This document shows positions 30,858-45,886 of a stretch of DNA of 64,000 bases, piece by piece. The notes below the pieces were generated by a model. That model had not been told where the DNA came from, made no database searches, and saw only the letters and a program-made list of their open reading frames with translations. Origin of the DNA: the human T2T-CHM13v2.0 reference genome, Homo sapiens; contig CP068257.2 in the NCBI GenBank assembly GCA_009914755.4, positions 38,144,001 through 38,208,000 on the forward strand, given 5' to 3'. The position numbers were made by a program, and so were the translations under genes. The first letter of the stretch is position 1. Each line of letters starts with the position of its first letter.

Positions 30858-31170
<313 letters not shown>

Positions 31171-32431
31171 TACTCTGAGTACTATTGTAGGAGTCTTTTG
31201 GTGAACATAAGTACTCATTTCTGTTTGGTTCTGTGGGGAAATACAGCTGATCCTCTTTATCTGCAGGTTCCACATCCTCTGATTCAACCAACAATGGATC
31301 AAAAATATTTGAAAAAATATACAACAGTAAAAAGTAATACAAAATAAAGAAGCAGTACAGTATAACAACTATTTGCATAGCATTTACATTGTATTAGGTA
31401 TTATAAATAATCTGGGCATAATTTAAAATATATGGGAGGATGTGTGTATGTTATATGCATATGCAAATCCTACACCATTTTATATCAGAGACTTGAGCAT
31501 TTGCAAATTTTGGTATCTGCAGGGGTCCTGGAATCAATCTCTAACAAATACCAAGGGAGACTGTATCTAGTCCTAAAAGCTGGGCCAGAAGGTAACGTAT
31601 CTTCAGCTTTAGACAGTGCCACATTTTTCCAAAGAAGGTGTACAGGCTTACACTCCCGCTAGCAGTGTGTGAGAGCTCTCATATGTAATAATTTTGACAG
31701 ATGCCATGGAATTCCATTTTAGAGAACCATCATCATTTATTTTACTAGTCCTCCCTGATTGGGCACTCGGTTGTTTGCAGTTTGCTTTTATAAATAGCTC
31801 ATGAATCAACATTCTTTCAAGTACATATTTATACATATCCTTGATTGTTTCCCTAGCATACATCCTTAGAGGTCAAGTGTGACTATTTAAAATTCTTTGG
31901 CGTTCCATTGCCAGACTTCCTTCCAGCCTCCAAACCCTAGGAGGCTGCACCAACTTTTGCTTTATTTCAGGAGTTGGCACATTTTTTCCATAAAAGGCCC
32001 TGTAGTAAATATTTTTAGTTTTGCCAGCCATATGGTCTCTGTCATGAGGACTCAACTCTGCTGTTATAACATGAGTATGGCTACATGTTTAGGTAGCCAT
32101 AGACAATATGTGAGCTGATAGATGTAACCGTGTTCCAATGAAACTTTATTTACAAAAACAAGGAGTGGGTCAGATTTGGCCTGTGGGTCATAGCTTGCTG
32201 ACTCTTGTTTTATTTGGTGAATGGTTTCTGAGAGTTGAGTAACAACTGGGGAGTAGAGTCCATGGACCAGGATAAACTTTCATCTCTCCCCATAATGGGA
32301 ATGTGTGAGTAGGCAGGCGTGCATACCTGCAACGCAGCGGCAAAGCTATGGACTTCCTGTGTTAAGTTCAATGTGTAAGCATACTCTTGAGAGTAACCAC
32401 GTGAACTACGTAGGTATCCATTGCCAATTAA

Positions 32432-32584
<153 letters not shown>

Positions 32585-32836
32585 TAGACAAGAGGGGTGG
32601 TGAAAAGACCTGGGAAAGAGAGAGCTGGAAGAAGGGCTGGCTTGCTAGATACCAGCTGCACAGGGAGGCTAACTTGGCAATGGTGGTTATTATTTTTTGG
32701 ATAAATTTTAGAAGAAGAAATTCTAGAACTTGGAATACTCTAGGAGTAGGTTAACAGTAAAAATCCACCTATTTGTCTAATGCTTAAAATAAAGTGAGGA
32801 AGAACCCTGAGAGCTTTAAAAAACTTTGTTTTTTTC

Positions 32837-33016
32837 CATCACACACTGGGGCCTGCCATAGGGTGGGGGGAAGGGGGAAGGATAGCATTAGGAGATATAC
32901 CTAATGTAAATGACAAGTTAATGGGTGCAGCACACCAACAAGGCACATGTATACATATGTAACAAACATGCACGTTGTGCACATGTACCCTAGAACTTAA
33001 AGTATAATAAAAAAAA
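32837..33016 (+). mobile_element. Severely 5'-truncated L1PA 3' end (about 180 bp) with poly(A) and target-site duplication
   Basis: cacactggggcctgccatagggtggggggaagggggaaggatagcattaggagatatacctaatgtaaatgacaagttaatgggtgcagcacaccaacaaggcacatgtatacatatgtaacaaacatgcacgttgtgcacatgtaccctagaacttaaagtataataaaaaaaa. The direct repeat ttgtttttttcc lies at 32825-32836 and 33017-33028. Confidence 0.9.
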
Positions 33017-33996
33017 TTGTTTTTTTCCCCATGCTTTCTTTTTTGTTTAAAGCCCTCTACATTAAAACATGTGGGGAGGTATTTTAATACATTGGGGGTA
33101 ACTTCCTCCCAATTTCAAGTAGAGTCAAGTAAGAGATCTCTTCCCCTTGAATGTAACAGGGAGTTGGGAATGCTGGAAAACTAGACCTACTTTTGGAGAG
33201 TCTTGCTGTAGTATCTCATTTTCTTGCTATGAGACAATACAGAATGATAATGCAGTGAGGGCATCTCTAAGACAACATCACCAGGAAGCAGCAGCAGTTG
33301 AGTATTGAAGGCCGATGAGAGGGGAAGGCTGAACCCACTCCTCCTCTGCAGGATGAACAGGACACCTGCCCTCACAGGCTGCTGGGAACACCAAATTCCA
33401 TGGGAAGGTTTTCAGCCAATCAGTCCTTGCTGAGGGGCCTAAACACCTGCGTTTTCCACAAAAATTGGAGCTCTATTTTCAGCAGCCCCATTTTTTTTTG
33501 ATTTTACCATGGCTGCCTCCCATGTGTATTCCAGATTGCATCTTTCAGATTGAAAAAAATTCCAGAGAGCATGGACTGTTTCCTTTGATAATCTGACCAC
33601 AGCTTCTTGCAGGTTCCTGTGAGTGAATATTTATTCATTAGTATTTTGAGCAATTGACTATCTTGACAAAAATCATGGCCCAAATCAAACATCTCTATCT
33701 CTTTTATCTCCATTTGTCTGGCATTTATTTTCCTTGATCAGCTGTTGAAGCTTTGGATCATTTTGTGTCTGGGTGAAACTAATGTGTCGAGAAAGAAATG
33801 GATTTTGAGTTAGTTTTCCATATTTTTATTTCTTTAAAGAAATAACATTCTAAAGGGATGGGATCTCAAGGGAATTTAAAAAAAGTGTTCATGGTTAAGG
33901 ATTATGCCAGCGGTACTACATAAAAGCAAATGTGTTTCTTTATAAATCAGAATTGTTAGAGCACACAGCTTGGTTTTTGCCACTTAATGACTCTAA

Positions 33997-34101
<105 letters not shown>

Positions 34102-37100
34102 TAGACCATTTTCCCCCTTTCTGGACTTTTTTGGCTATTTAAAAATTCTTACCTTGTTGTGGGTGATTATAAAATGGTGCGCGTTGTGTATTCATGATGG
34201 TGGCATGTTGCCTTTCCTCCCCTCCATATCAACTGGTCAGCATGGAGAGATGGGGCTGAGACATGGACTGTTTCTTGCCCTCAGTAGCAGTTGCTCTAAG
34301 ATCAAGGCTGGTTCTGGGTAACAGCTCTGGGTTCACATTTTGGGAGGATGCGACTTGATTTGGGACGTATCCGCCTGAGTTGGCATAAGAGTGAGCAGCA
34401 TATATAATGTGCCATTTGTTCTCTTTGAGCCATATTCTCCCAGGACTCAAGTCCATTCTGCTCTCCTGGTTACCCGCTCCCACGTGCTCATCTGTACTTG
34501 GACCCTTGGGGCCTTTGGACTCATGGAAGGATGCACTGGGTTTGAGGATCAGGACAGAGAAAATGTAGTTTGCTCTGCATGCAAGTTCTATGCTGATAAG
34601 CTTGAGGGCTGAAAAAATCCTGTCGGGGTTAGAATTTTAGAGGAGAGAGGAGGAGTCCTTGATGATTAAGGATTATGGCCAGAACGGCTTAGAGGCTGGA
34701 GTTGCCATTAACGTAGATAAGGAATGTTATGGGTGGAGCAGTTTAGGGGGAAAGATTAGACATCTAATTGGAGCTTGTAGATTCTGAAGGTCTCTGTTAG
34801 ATGTCCACATGGAGATGCTGAAGGTGTAGTTAAATTCACCAGTCTGCAGTTCCAGGGAGAGGTACTAGCTGTAGATACTGGTTGGTTGGTTGGCAATGTT
34901 TCGATGGGAGCTGTCTTTTCACAGGATGGTTCACTTAAGTAAACGGTCAACTGGCAGCACTGAGAACATAGTATGTTAATTTGCTGATATAGAGTCAGCA
35001 TTGGTTATCATACATGAATGAATGAGAGTTCATTTTCTATCCCGAATTATAAATTAGGTAGAATATATATAACCAACACCCTTTTCTGACCTGTACAAAT
35101 GCAACTTCAGACAAGAAGTATTTCAATGCGATTCTGTGATTGTGTCCCCAATAAGTGTAGATGTTATCTTCTTTTAGCTTTTGGAAAAGGTAAACTTGCA
35201 GGCTGGGTTTTGGATAGCACACTGGGCCAGATGGGTTGGGTTTGTTCTGCTAGGAGCTGCTTTACCTGAGGCGACGGTGCCCAGCAGGTGCCTGTGTGGC
35301 CCCTGATCATTCTTTCTTGGCACAGGTATTTACCTGAGTTTCCAGGGAGCTCTGGGCAATAATATTCCTCCCTGCAATTGGGATTCAGCTCAGTAACCTA
35401 CATCTTGCCAGTGATGTGTGTTTTTCAGGCCTGTAGGGGGGAAGGGAGTGCTGATTGATGCTCAGTCATGTATTGGGAAAACCTAAGTGATACTATTAAT
35501 ATTAGTGTCAACACAGGTAGCCAGACAACAAGACATATGAGGGGCCTGGGGCATAAAGGCAACTGTGCCTGAGTAACAAATCGTTAGCTCCTAGTACAAG
35601 TTCCAGTGACTTTCCTCAGGCCGGGTGTCAGGAAAATGGAGAGGTAATGTTTTTTCCATCAGGGCCGCTCTCTTTGGCACATACATCTTTTGATGCATTT
35701 AATTTGGAGCTGGAAGGGACGATGATGCAACAGGTTTCCTTTAGAAGGACCAGTCTCTGAGTGAAAGGTGGCAGTGGAAGGGAGTGATTGTTGGGCTGTG
35801 GGGTGGCTGGCTGAGGGGCTCGCTCCCACCCCAGCTCCAAGCACGGACAGCCAATAGCACATTTAAGCCAACCATGATTTCCACAGCCCTTCCGTGGTTA
35901 TCTTTGTCTATCAAGTGTGTTTCTATCAGACAAGCCAAAGTGTTCAGGTCTGGCGTTGTGGGGAGGGTATAAGCTGGGAGGAGATTCAGAATAGGGTCAT
36001 GCCACATAATTCTCTTCAAAATACATCTAGTATGAATGAGGAGGAAGGGGAATGTGAGGTGCATTTGGATACCTGAGTGGAGAATGACGTTTTGGAGCTC
36101 GGAGTGGATGCTTCTTGATGTTTGTAGTGTTCTTTTTGAATATACACAGGGAGAGAAACTTAAGAGTTTTCTGCTACTGAAACATGTACCCAGCTAAATA
36201 ATCAATCGGTGGAAAAAGAACAGTGACCCTCGAGGTGCTGAGCCCTGGGGACTGGTAACGTAGTCTCGTGTTTCTTATTTCCTGAAGGGTTTGTCGTCTT
36301 CTAGGGGAGCCGGGCACCTCATCAGAGAGCACCAAGGCCCTTAAGAAACAAATCAGGACTCTAGGAAGTTGAATTATCTTTGGCTGGGCTAGAAACTAAT
36401 GAGGGTTATTAAATAACTGGATCTTTCTACTCATCATGGGGGGACTTTAGGACAAAGTCCTAAAGAAGAAGTCTATCTTTGATTATGACCAAAGAAGGAC
36501 TTTGCCGTCATGGGCCCAGGCACGGCCTCCACGTTGCCCATTTGGAGAGCCTGGATGCAGGATGTACCATGGGCCGTGTTTCCTGGGAAGCACTTAGAGG
36601 AGGAATGAGCAAAATGGGCCACAGTGGAAAGGCTGGGCCTGGGGACACAGCCGTTCCCTTCCATTTCCTTGGTCCAGAGAAGACATAGACCTTGTTGTGG
36701 TCAACTGGCCACTTGAGAGCTGCCAGAATAGTGAAGCTACAGCTTGTAGAAGCAGTCAGGGTGACGCTGGTACAGAGGTTCCTTTTAAGAACTTCCCCAG
36801 ACCAGGCCCCGTAGCCCTGCAGCCCTGCCAGGCCTATGTCACCAGGTTCGTGCTGTGTGGGGTGATGAGGACCTCTGAATTCCGAATGCCTTGGTCCAAG
36901 GTGTGAAAACAATGCAGTCGTGCCTTCTTTTCTCAAAACTTTCTCCATTCTGCAATAAGCCTTAGTTCCTTATAGAGCCCAGGAGAGACAGCTGAGAGCT
37001 ATTCAGAGTCCCGTCTCAGTTTTCCTTTCATCCTCCTCTCCGCATGCCTCAGTATGACTCCAATTTGTCAGAGCCTCCTGAGCTGCTGCCGCATGTTTTG

Positions 37101-37609
37101 CGCACACAGGCCTCCCAGGCCCAGAGCTGGGGCCCAGCAGGGCTCCTGCCCGAGAAGCTGGCTTGTTAGAGTTCAGGGTTGTTGACTACAGATTGCACTA
37201 TTTTGCAGAAACCCCGCATGAAGCTCAGGTCCTGAAAAGCCTGTAGATTAGACTGAAAGATCCCAAGCTGTGAGCCAGCCTGAAGCAAACACTTTTCCGA
37301 TCGTGGTTGCTGAAGAGCTAGTTGGGTCAGAAAAATGGCCTATCCATGGAGATGCGGCAGGCACAACAGCAACTAAAGCTCCTGCTTTGTCTTAATAGAT
37401 CGCAGAACAGGATAGTTTTGGTTTTGTGAACAGGACGGCAACTGCTGACCACATACACTCGCTCTCTGCTCATGCTGCATCCTCCTCTGCTGAAACTGGT
37501 GATCTGTTAACACTCGGCAATTTCAGGAGGACTTAACTAATGGATGACTGTTGACTACACACAGGCTAGTCCAGCATTTCTAGGTCCTCAATAAACAGTT
37601 ACTCATTAA

Positions 37610-38002
<393 letters not shown>

Positions 38003-38306
38003 TTTAAAAATTTTTTTTGAGACATGGTCTTGCTTTGTTGCCCAGGCTGGATCGCAGTGGCACGATCATAGCTCACTGTAACCTCGTACTCCTGGGCTCA
38101 AGGGATCCTCCTGCCTCAGCCTTCCGGAGAGCTAGGACTACGGGCACTTGCTGCCATGCCTAGCTAATTTTAAACATTTTTTTTTTGTAGGAATGGGGGT
38201 CTCACTATTTGCCCAGGCTGTTCTTAAACTCTTGGCCTGAAGCGATTCTCCCACATGGGCCTCCCAAAGCATTGGGATTATAAGCATGAGCCACTGCACC
38301 TGACCC
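38003..38306 (-). mobile_element. Alu (older, AluJ/S-like), antisense
   Basis: tttaaaaattttttttgagacatggtcttgctttgttgcccaggctggatcgcagtggcacgatcatagctcactgtaacctc ... attgggattataagcatgagccactgcacctgaccc. The pair shares the outer direct repeat (c/t)tcctttgc at 37692-37700 and 38311-38319. Confidence 0.85.
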
Positions 38307-39849
38307 CTACTTCCTTTGCTGTTAATCCCAATCAGTTATGACAAAAATATGATTAGATCACTATAGATGAATATACAACCTAAAAATAACATCACGTTTT
38401 GGGTCATTTAGAAAAGTTAAATAATTTCATATCAAACTGCCTTTCCACGCCTTTGTGATCGGCGGCACTTTGTTTTCTTCAGGGGCCCATTGCTTAAATA
38501 TGCCCCCAGGACGGGGAAATTTGATGTGCCAGGGTTGGCCCACAGGTCACTGATGAGGCCCTTGGGAAGTTCAGATTTATGGTCTTCACCTCTAGACATC
38601 AGGACTCAGAGGGCTGAGGAGGTGTTTAAGCAGCTCTGCTTTTTAGGACAACTCAATGTGGCTAGGCTTAAGGGTTATTGGTTACCTTATAGCAAGAGGG
38701 GAATCAGGAGTTTTGGAAAGGGAAGAGTGGCAGGTCCCCAAGCACCAATCTGCCTCTTCCATAACTTCACCCTGCGCGATGGGTACTCAGCAATTCTGCT
38801 TTGCCCAGCATCCTGAGGCCTTCATAATGGCCTGTGCTTGCCCACCTGGAGTGGGTTCTACTGGGGTTGGTAGTGCCATGCTCTTTCTCCCTCTGCCGGG
38901 AGTCAGCTGTATTTCCGCAAGTAGAGGAGTGTCTGGACACTGAATCCGGAGTCTGGGAAGGCACCCAGCTCAGGGCGGTGTATGGCGTTAGGAGGAGCAG
39001 CAGGTTTCCAGGTTACTTGTGCCCCCATCTTCAATGTCACAACTCTCAATCTCTCTTCCCTGAGTTGTACACATCTGTGTCTACATCTCAAGGCTGCCGT
39101 GGGTCTCTGAATACGTCATCTTTGTCATGAATCACCCAGCTCAATTTTAATAACATCCAACAGTTAGTAAAACAGGAAACTAGAACTTTAATATTTTAGG
39201 AAATGGCAGAATTTGCTGCTGCACCAGCCTCCCATAACTCCTGCCCCTTTGGCATCCTTTCAGTTAAGGTCCAGCATGCCAAAGGCACACACTGCCACGG
39301 AGATGAGCAAGACAAGATGCAGTGGTGAAACCTTTTTTTCAAACCGTTAGTTATCCCCTGATGCTTTCAGTGCTGGGAATCCTTTGAAAATTTCAGAAAA
39401 GTGGGGGCATGTCTCAGGAGCAGTGTCATGGGGGACAGGCTGGGGCTGGAGTTTTGACCACCAAAGGCCAGACACTGTGGCCAGGAGCTACAGGCACAAT
39501 GGCTGACTTAGGCCAGGTCCTCAGGGGGACGCTGGGTTGTAGACAATGGGAAGAGGCACCAGTTCCTAGACCTCTTGGTCCCCAGGCTGCCTGGAGCTCC
39601 CCCTTTTGCTCATCTCCACCTCTAAGCACCCTCTCCTGCCAATTTCTTCCCTGAACATGAGACTTCCTGCTCAAGAGATGGGGCAGTCCTTGTTCTTGCC
39701 ACCACCTGGCAGAAATGGTGGATGTATTTCCGGAATTCTCTATTCCGGTTTTCCTAAAGAATGCTTGCTGAACACGGAGGTGCACCCAGCGCCTATAAAT
39801 ACCGCTGCCTTGGTACCCTGCTGGCGTAGCAGCAGCTCTCAGTACAGCC

Positions 39850-39975
39850 CTGTGCCAGGAACACACTGGGTTCTTGTTAAAATGCACACTCTTGGGCCTC
39901 CGCCAGGCTTGCTGGATCAGAATGTCTGGGAGATAGGGCCAAAGAATCAGTATTTTTATCATTCTCCAGGTGATC
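39850..39975 (+). mobile_element. MER5-like DNA-transposon fragment (tentative)
   Basis: gttcttgttaaaatgcacactcttgggcc...gcttgctggatcagaatgtctgggagatagggccaaagaatcagtatttttatcattctccaggtgatctgc resembles the MER5 family (ttgttaaaatgcagattcctgggcc...ctgaatcagaatctctggg...aatctgcatttttaacaag...caggtgat). Confidence 0.35.
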
Positions 39976-41704
39976 TGCTTTGAGGAATTTTTTTTTTTTT
40001 GTCCCAGTGTGAAAACTCCACAGACATGTATAGCATTGTTTCTAAGGGAGGGTGCTCTCTGATTTCTAGAAGTCTTCCTACAACTGTGCATTTAGAATTA
40101 CTTGTACCTCGTGTCCCTGCTCCACCGGCCTTGCTGCAAAGCACAGAGAAGAGTTTGAGATGCTCACGGTGGTGCCATGATGAATGCCAAGTGAAAGGTC
40201 TTGACACCAAAGACTCCACTGTCCACCTGGCATCCTACCAGGGACACTCTTAATTAACCCTTCCATATTTTAGATGGGTCCTAAAGCACATTGCATTCAA
40301 CATAAATGAAAAAATAGAAACCTAGACTGTAGAGATCTCAATCATGGATTAAATTGTAAGAAGGGTCAGAAGGAAAAAAGAGATTCATTTTCAAAACTGT
40401 CATATACAATATGACAATTTTCTTCTCTGATTATTTCTCTGATGACTGAATCTACAGTTAGAATATGTAGTACTGACATGGTTTTCTAGACAAGAGTTTC
40501 CCTGTTGGTGAAACAGAATGAATTTGGGTGCAACTGCAGCTGAAACACATTAGGGTAAAAGTAATAAGTAAAATTAGAAATTCCTACTAAAATAACCAAT
40601 TACTGGGAAAGGCATGCTTTTTTATTTCAATATGAAGCCAGGGGATTTGCAAATGTTTTTTATTTTGGCGAATATTTAAAACAAAGAATCCTCCTTTTCC
40701 TCTCTTTGTCCTGTGCCTTAACTCACTGTCAGTGCATTTTCCTGGTTGTTTTAGGAAATTCTCTGTCTCTGTCATTTTCAGAAGATGGGCATATAAACAA
40801 CTTGAGACCTGGATCAAGCCTTCCCCACAAATCACCCCCTCATTGAGACAAACAGAAATACATACTTGATAAATTTAGAAAACAGCGATGTTTGCACAAC
40901 CCATCAGTGAAAACAAAAGCAAACGACAGTAGGAATCTCTAGCATATTAGCAGCAGAAGGCACATGTCTTAAAGCACTGCTGACATAGTTCCATCCGCTG
41001 TCCAGTTTTCCCTGTGTTATTGGGAGTCAGCAAATTAAGAGCGTGAGCCAGAGTAATTCTATCCTCAAGACTTACTAGCATTCCATCACATTGTGAATAA
41101 TTTATCATGCCCAGTTACATTATTTAAGATGTTAAGTGCAGCTATTGTGCCCTGGAACCTGAGCTGCCATTCTCAGGACTGGCAGGAAAAAAGTGTTGCA
41201 CACATTTTAATAAGGCAATATTATGAGACAGGCATTGGCCACTCTGGAGGATTAAATGGTTTGTTTGGGATTACATTTCTGAATGAGAACAGGGAAGACT
41301 ATGTTTCTCCCTGATAGGGAAAAGAGACAGATGGGTGATCTATCTGGAGTCAGTTCTTCAATTTTGTCCCCCTGTTCTAGAAACAATGCACGCTCTTTAA
41401 GAAGTTTAGAAATATTTTATATTTTCATAAAAAATCTAGCCAGTAAAGCAAGAACTTCCTTAGGAAAATTGAAACACAAAACAAAACAATGAGTCGTGGT
41501 AATTTGCCTTAGTCAAAACAAATACTGATTCTTGGAATTGGATTGCCCTTTAGGGCCTGAACTTGGAAAACTTCTATATTGTGTGTTACCAGAAATAATG
41601 CAAGAAAGGAAGAGCTTATTTTAACATTTTTGTTCCTCTCCGTACCTTAATTTTATCTTAACAGATGAGTGAAGCTCTCTTTTCAAGTTTGCATTTTACA
41701 GTGA

Positions 41705-41842
<138 letters not shown>

Positions 41843-43181
41843 CAAAGCCTTCCCCAAGCTCCACTGAGCACTTGGCTGACAATTCAAAACACGGCGATGG
41901 CATCCTTCCTTTCCATCCTAAGACTGGCCTGCAGCTTTGCCAACATTACCTGAAGAGGAGATGTCGGAGTCATCAGAACTGATACTTGACAGTGAGAGAA
42001 GGAATCGATTTTCCCAGAGTTCAAAGTAGAATGTGACTTTTAAGAGGTTTCATGGTTTTTGTGAATTCCATGAAGTTACTAAGTAAAAGCTGCAAATTCA
42101 TCATAATTTTTCTCAACATTCAACACTCCTACTTGTTAATCCAACAAATGGTAGATAAAAGTCTGTATTCTACCATGCCTTTCAAAAGTTTTTATTATCT
42201 GAAAGCATATGAAGATGATATTTATGTATATTTAATATGTAGGGGTATTATTACATATTATCAGTGAAATACGAGTATAAAAATTAGGGTCAACCAGAAA
42301 TCTGCAATTGACTGTCAAAACTGAGCTCAGTTAAAGTAAGATTCAATTCTAACATGGATGTGCACGTTCCTAAATATCTTATGATTGAATATTTACATGA
42401 AGGCATTCATTTTTATCTGCCCCTTTATCAGACCTATTTGCATCTCCTCAAATGAATTAGATGTGGCCTATGCTTTGCAGAGGATGGACCTCACCTACTC
42501 CGCACACCGTGAAAAAACTGGAAATGGGCATTGTAGTCTTTAATTAATAAAAACACCAAAAATGTGTATTGCCTTTCTTAACTCTTCACTATTCAGTTGG
42601 TCATTTAAAGAATCATAGTATTCGGGAATCAAGCCTTTTCCGAGAAGGAAAACAAGAGCCTTCTGCAAAAATCCATCACATCTTCACAATTATCTTTGCT
42701 GACTGTACATTCACTTCATTTAAAGTTAACATGAATGTTGTTATGAAGAATAAATTGCTGCCTTTCCCCAGTATTTTTCTTTTTCCATGTAGATACAGTC
42801 AGTGAATTTAACTGCCCATTCCACCCCTTCATATTTAACCTAGGGGCAAGACTGTGATTTGACCGTACTCTGAACTGGTTGGTGCAGATTTCTATGCTGG
42901 TTATAATTAGCAACTGCTTTGAGTCCCTCAAGCTCAACCATGCTATTGCTAAAGCAGAATTTGACTTTTAAAATATGTCAGGATTTTAGTGAATTCCTTA
43001 CGGATACTTAGTAATAGATGCAAATTTGTCATGGTGTTTCTAATCACTCACTCCTGCTTGCTAATCCAACAAATGGTAGAGAAGTCTTACACTACCATGA
43101 TGTATAAAATACTTTTATAATCTTAAATCACATTCAGCCCTACCCTGGACCGTCCTATAAACCAGCAACTAACTGAAGGGG

Positions 43182-43545
43182 TGTATTAGTCTGTTCTCAC
43201 ACTGCTAACAAAAACACACCTCAGACTGAATAATTTTATAAAGAAAAAGAGGTTTAATGGACTCATAGTTTCATATGGCTGAGGAGGTCTCACAATTATT
43301 GTGAAAGGCGGAGGAGGAGCAAAGGTACATCTTACATGGAGGCAGGCAAGAGGGAAGTGCCCTTTACAAAACCATCAGCTCTCATGAGACTTATTCACTA
43401 TCATGAGAACAGCCCAGGAAAAACCCACCCCTATAATTCAATTACCTCCCACCATGTCCCTCCCACAACGTGTGGGGATTATGGAAGCTACAATTCACGA
43501 TGAGATTTGGGCGGGGACACAGCCAAACCATATCAAAGGGTATTT
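43182..43545 (-). mobile_element. MaLR LTR of the THE1/MST family (antisense)
   Basis: gtgtattagtctgttctcacactgctaacaaaaacacacctcagactgaataattttataaagaaaaagaggtttaatggactcatagtttcatatggctgaggaggtctcacaat ... attcaattacctcccaccatgtccctcccacaacgtgtggggattatggaagctacaattcacgatgagatttgggcggggacacagccaaaccatatca is the reverse complement of the THE1/MST consensus (tgatatggtttggctgtgtccccacccaaatctcatcttgaattgtagctcccataattcccacgtgttgtgggagggacc...). Confidence 0.8.
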
Positions 43546-45400
43546 CCTGGTACCATTTGGAGCCAGGCATGTGTTTTGATTGGCTGATGCTCATACTGTA
43601 TCCATTCTGATTGGTCAGTGCCCATACAATATCTATTCTAATTGGGCAGTGTTCATGCCTTACTGGTTGTCATCTATTTTGAATATCATCTCTGCTTAGA
43701 GGATCCTGAAAAAAAAAAAAAAGGTAATCTCTCCTAGGACCATGTCCCTAACGTGAGAAAATTGGCTGGCTAGATTTTAGGGAGTAGAACTGAAATGCAA
43801 AATTTCAAAAACCCATAAATATTGCTATATCATATTCCCAAGAGTCTTTTCGAGGGAAACAATTGCCAATTCAACTGGATAAAAATGAGACTCATTTATT
43901 ATACTAATTTTTTTATTCCCTGCCAATGTGGTTCTGTCTTTCCACTACCGTCCTTGAATGGCTACAAGGAGAAGAGAAAGACAAGAAGGTTCTTGAATCT
44001 CTTTAGGCAGAGCTAAATGGGTGAATGCCATACTCTTCACTTAATAGTTTACTCTCCTTAAACAACCACAGAATTCAGATCCTAAGATAAGGCAAATGCC
44101 ATGTTATTTATGCCTTTTGTAACTTTTACAGCACCTGATATACTGTAAATGTTCAGTAAATATTGAAATCAAACAGGTCAATATTAAGAAAGCCTATATA
44201 TTAAATACAAGAAATATTTATCATTTGCTTGCTATAAGAATAATATTTTGTGGCAATTTTGAGAGTCAAGGGGGTTGCATATAAAATATAATTGAAATTT
44301 AAGTTTTGAAATCTGGAGGACAATGGTAAATAATTTCCATAGAAGTTTCTCCAACTTACTACACGCTTGTTGAGTCACACTCAAAATATTTTTTTCATTT
44401 ATCAGATTATGGGATTTTTTTTTTGTGGTGTCACTTATAAATAGGCTCTTCTTACAGAATCTTACTCCAGGAGTAAGGTTTCTCAGAGGGATCCTCTGGC
44501 CAGTTTTTATTTCACATTAGGTAGATGCATTACTTGAATAGAACTATCTAGAGCTATACTGTCCAATACTGTAGCCACATGGGGCTATTTAAATTTAAGT
44601 TATTTAAACTAAATAAAATATAAGATTCATTTTATCGGTTGCACTGGTCACATTGCAAGGGTTCAATAGCTACGTGTGACCAGTGGCTACTCTACTGGAC
44701 AATGCGCATGGTAGGTTTCCATTATTGCAGCAAGTTCTGTAGGAGTGCTCATCTAGAGATAGCTACTTGGAAATGACCTTGATGTGTCATATCATCTTCA
44801 TATGCTTTATCCTTTTACACAAACACACAATCTGTGTTTTCTTCAGCATTATGTCTGTGCACTCAGCCAGTTTCTATTTAGGAATCCTGCAACACCCAAG
44901 GCAGCTCTCAACCGAAAATGGTGTTTTGCTGATGTGGTAAATTCCTATCTCACTTCCACAGTGCAGAGAGCTGTGGCAGGCTCAAGGGGGTGGAATGAGA
45001 GGAGTCAATCAAAGCAAAACTTCATGGTCAAGGTTATTTCTCGGGAAGATGCAGCTCTCTGCTAATGAATGGCCGATGAGGGCTGCAAATTTATTTAAAC
45101 AAATACCCCTCAAAATTTTATGCCATAAAACCCTAACCAGGGAAACCATACCTGCCCATCCCTCCCAGTGGTCTTTTACTTTGGTTTGTCTGTCAGATTC
45201 CAAGCAGGACCCATGCAATCAAGGCTCTTCCATATTACTCAGGGTAAGGACCTAAGTGGTAATGCCAATACCTCGAAGATAACTGGAGAGCTTGAGAGCT
45301 TCCTCTGCTCTGTGTGGCCCTGACCTTGGAAAACTGTTAGGGACACTAAAGTTGGTTGCACGTTCCTAAGAGTTTAATGACATAAAAGGTCAATAGATGA

Positions 45401-45886
<486 letters not shown>

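Noticed and set aside
36479-36948. Overlapping ORFs on both strands (146 aa minus, 69 aa plus) in a GC-richer patch of the last intron
   Set aside because: They have no splice sites, no conservation-type signal, and the Pro/Gly/Ala/Trp-rich composition expected by chance in GC-rich DNA. Most likely non-coding.
39426-40091. 221-aa minus-strand ORF, the longest non-repeat ORF in the window
   Set aside because: It is intronic, antisense to the gene, and overlaps a MER5-like repeat fragment. It has no recognisable domain, a strongly biased Arg/Pro/Gly/Trp composition typical of chance ORFs in GC-moderate DNA, and no splice or promoter context.
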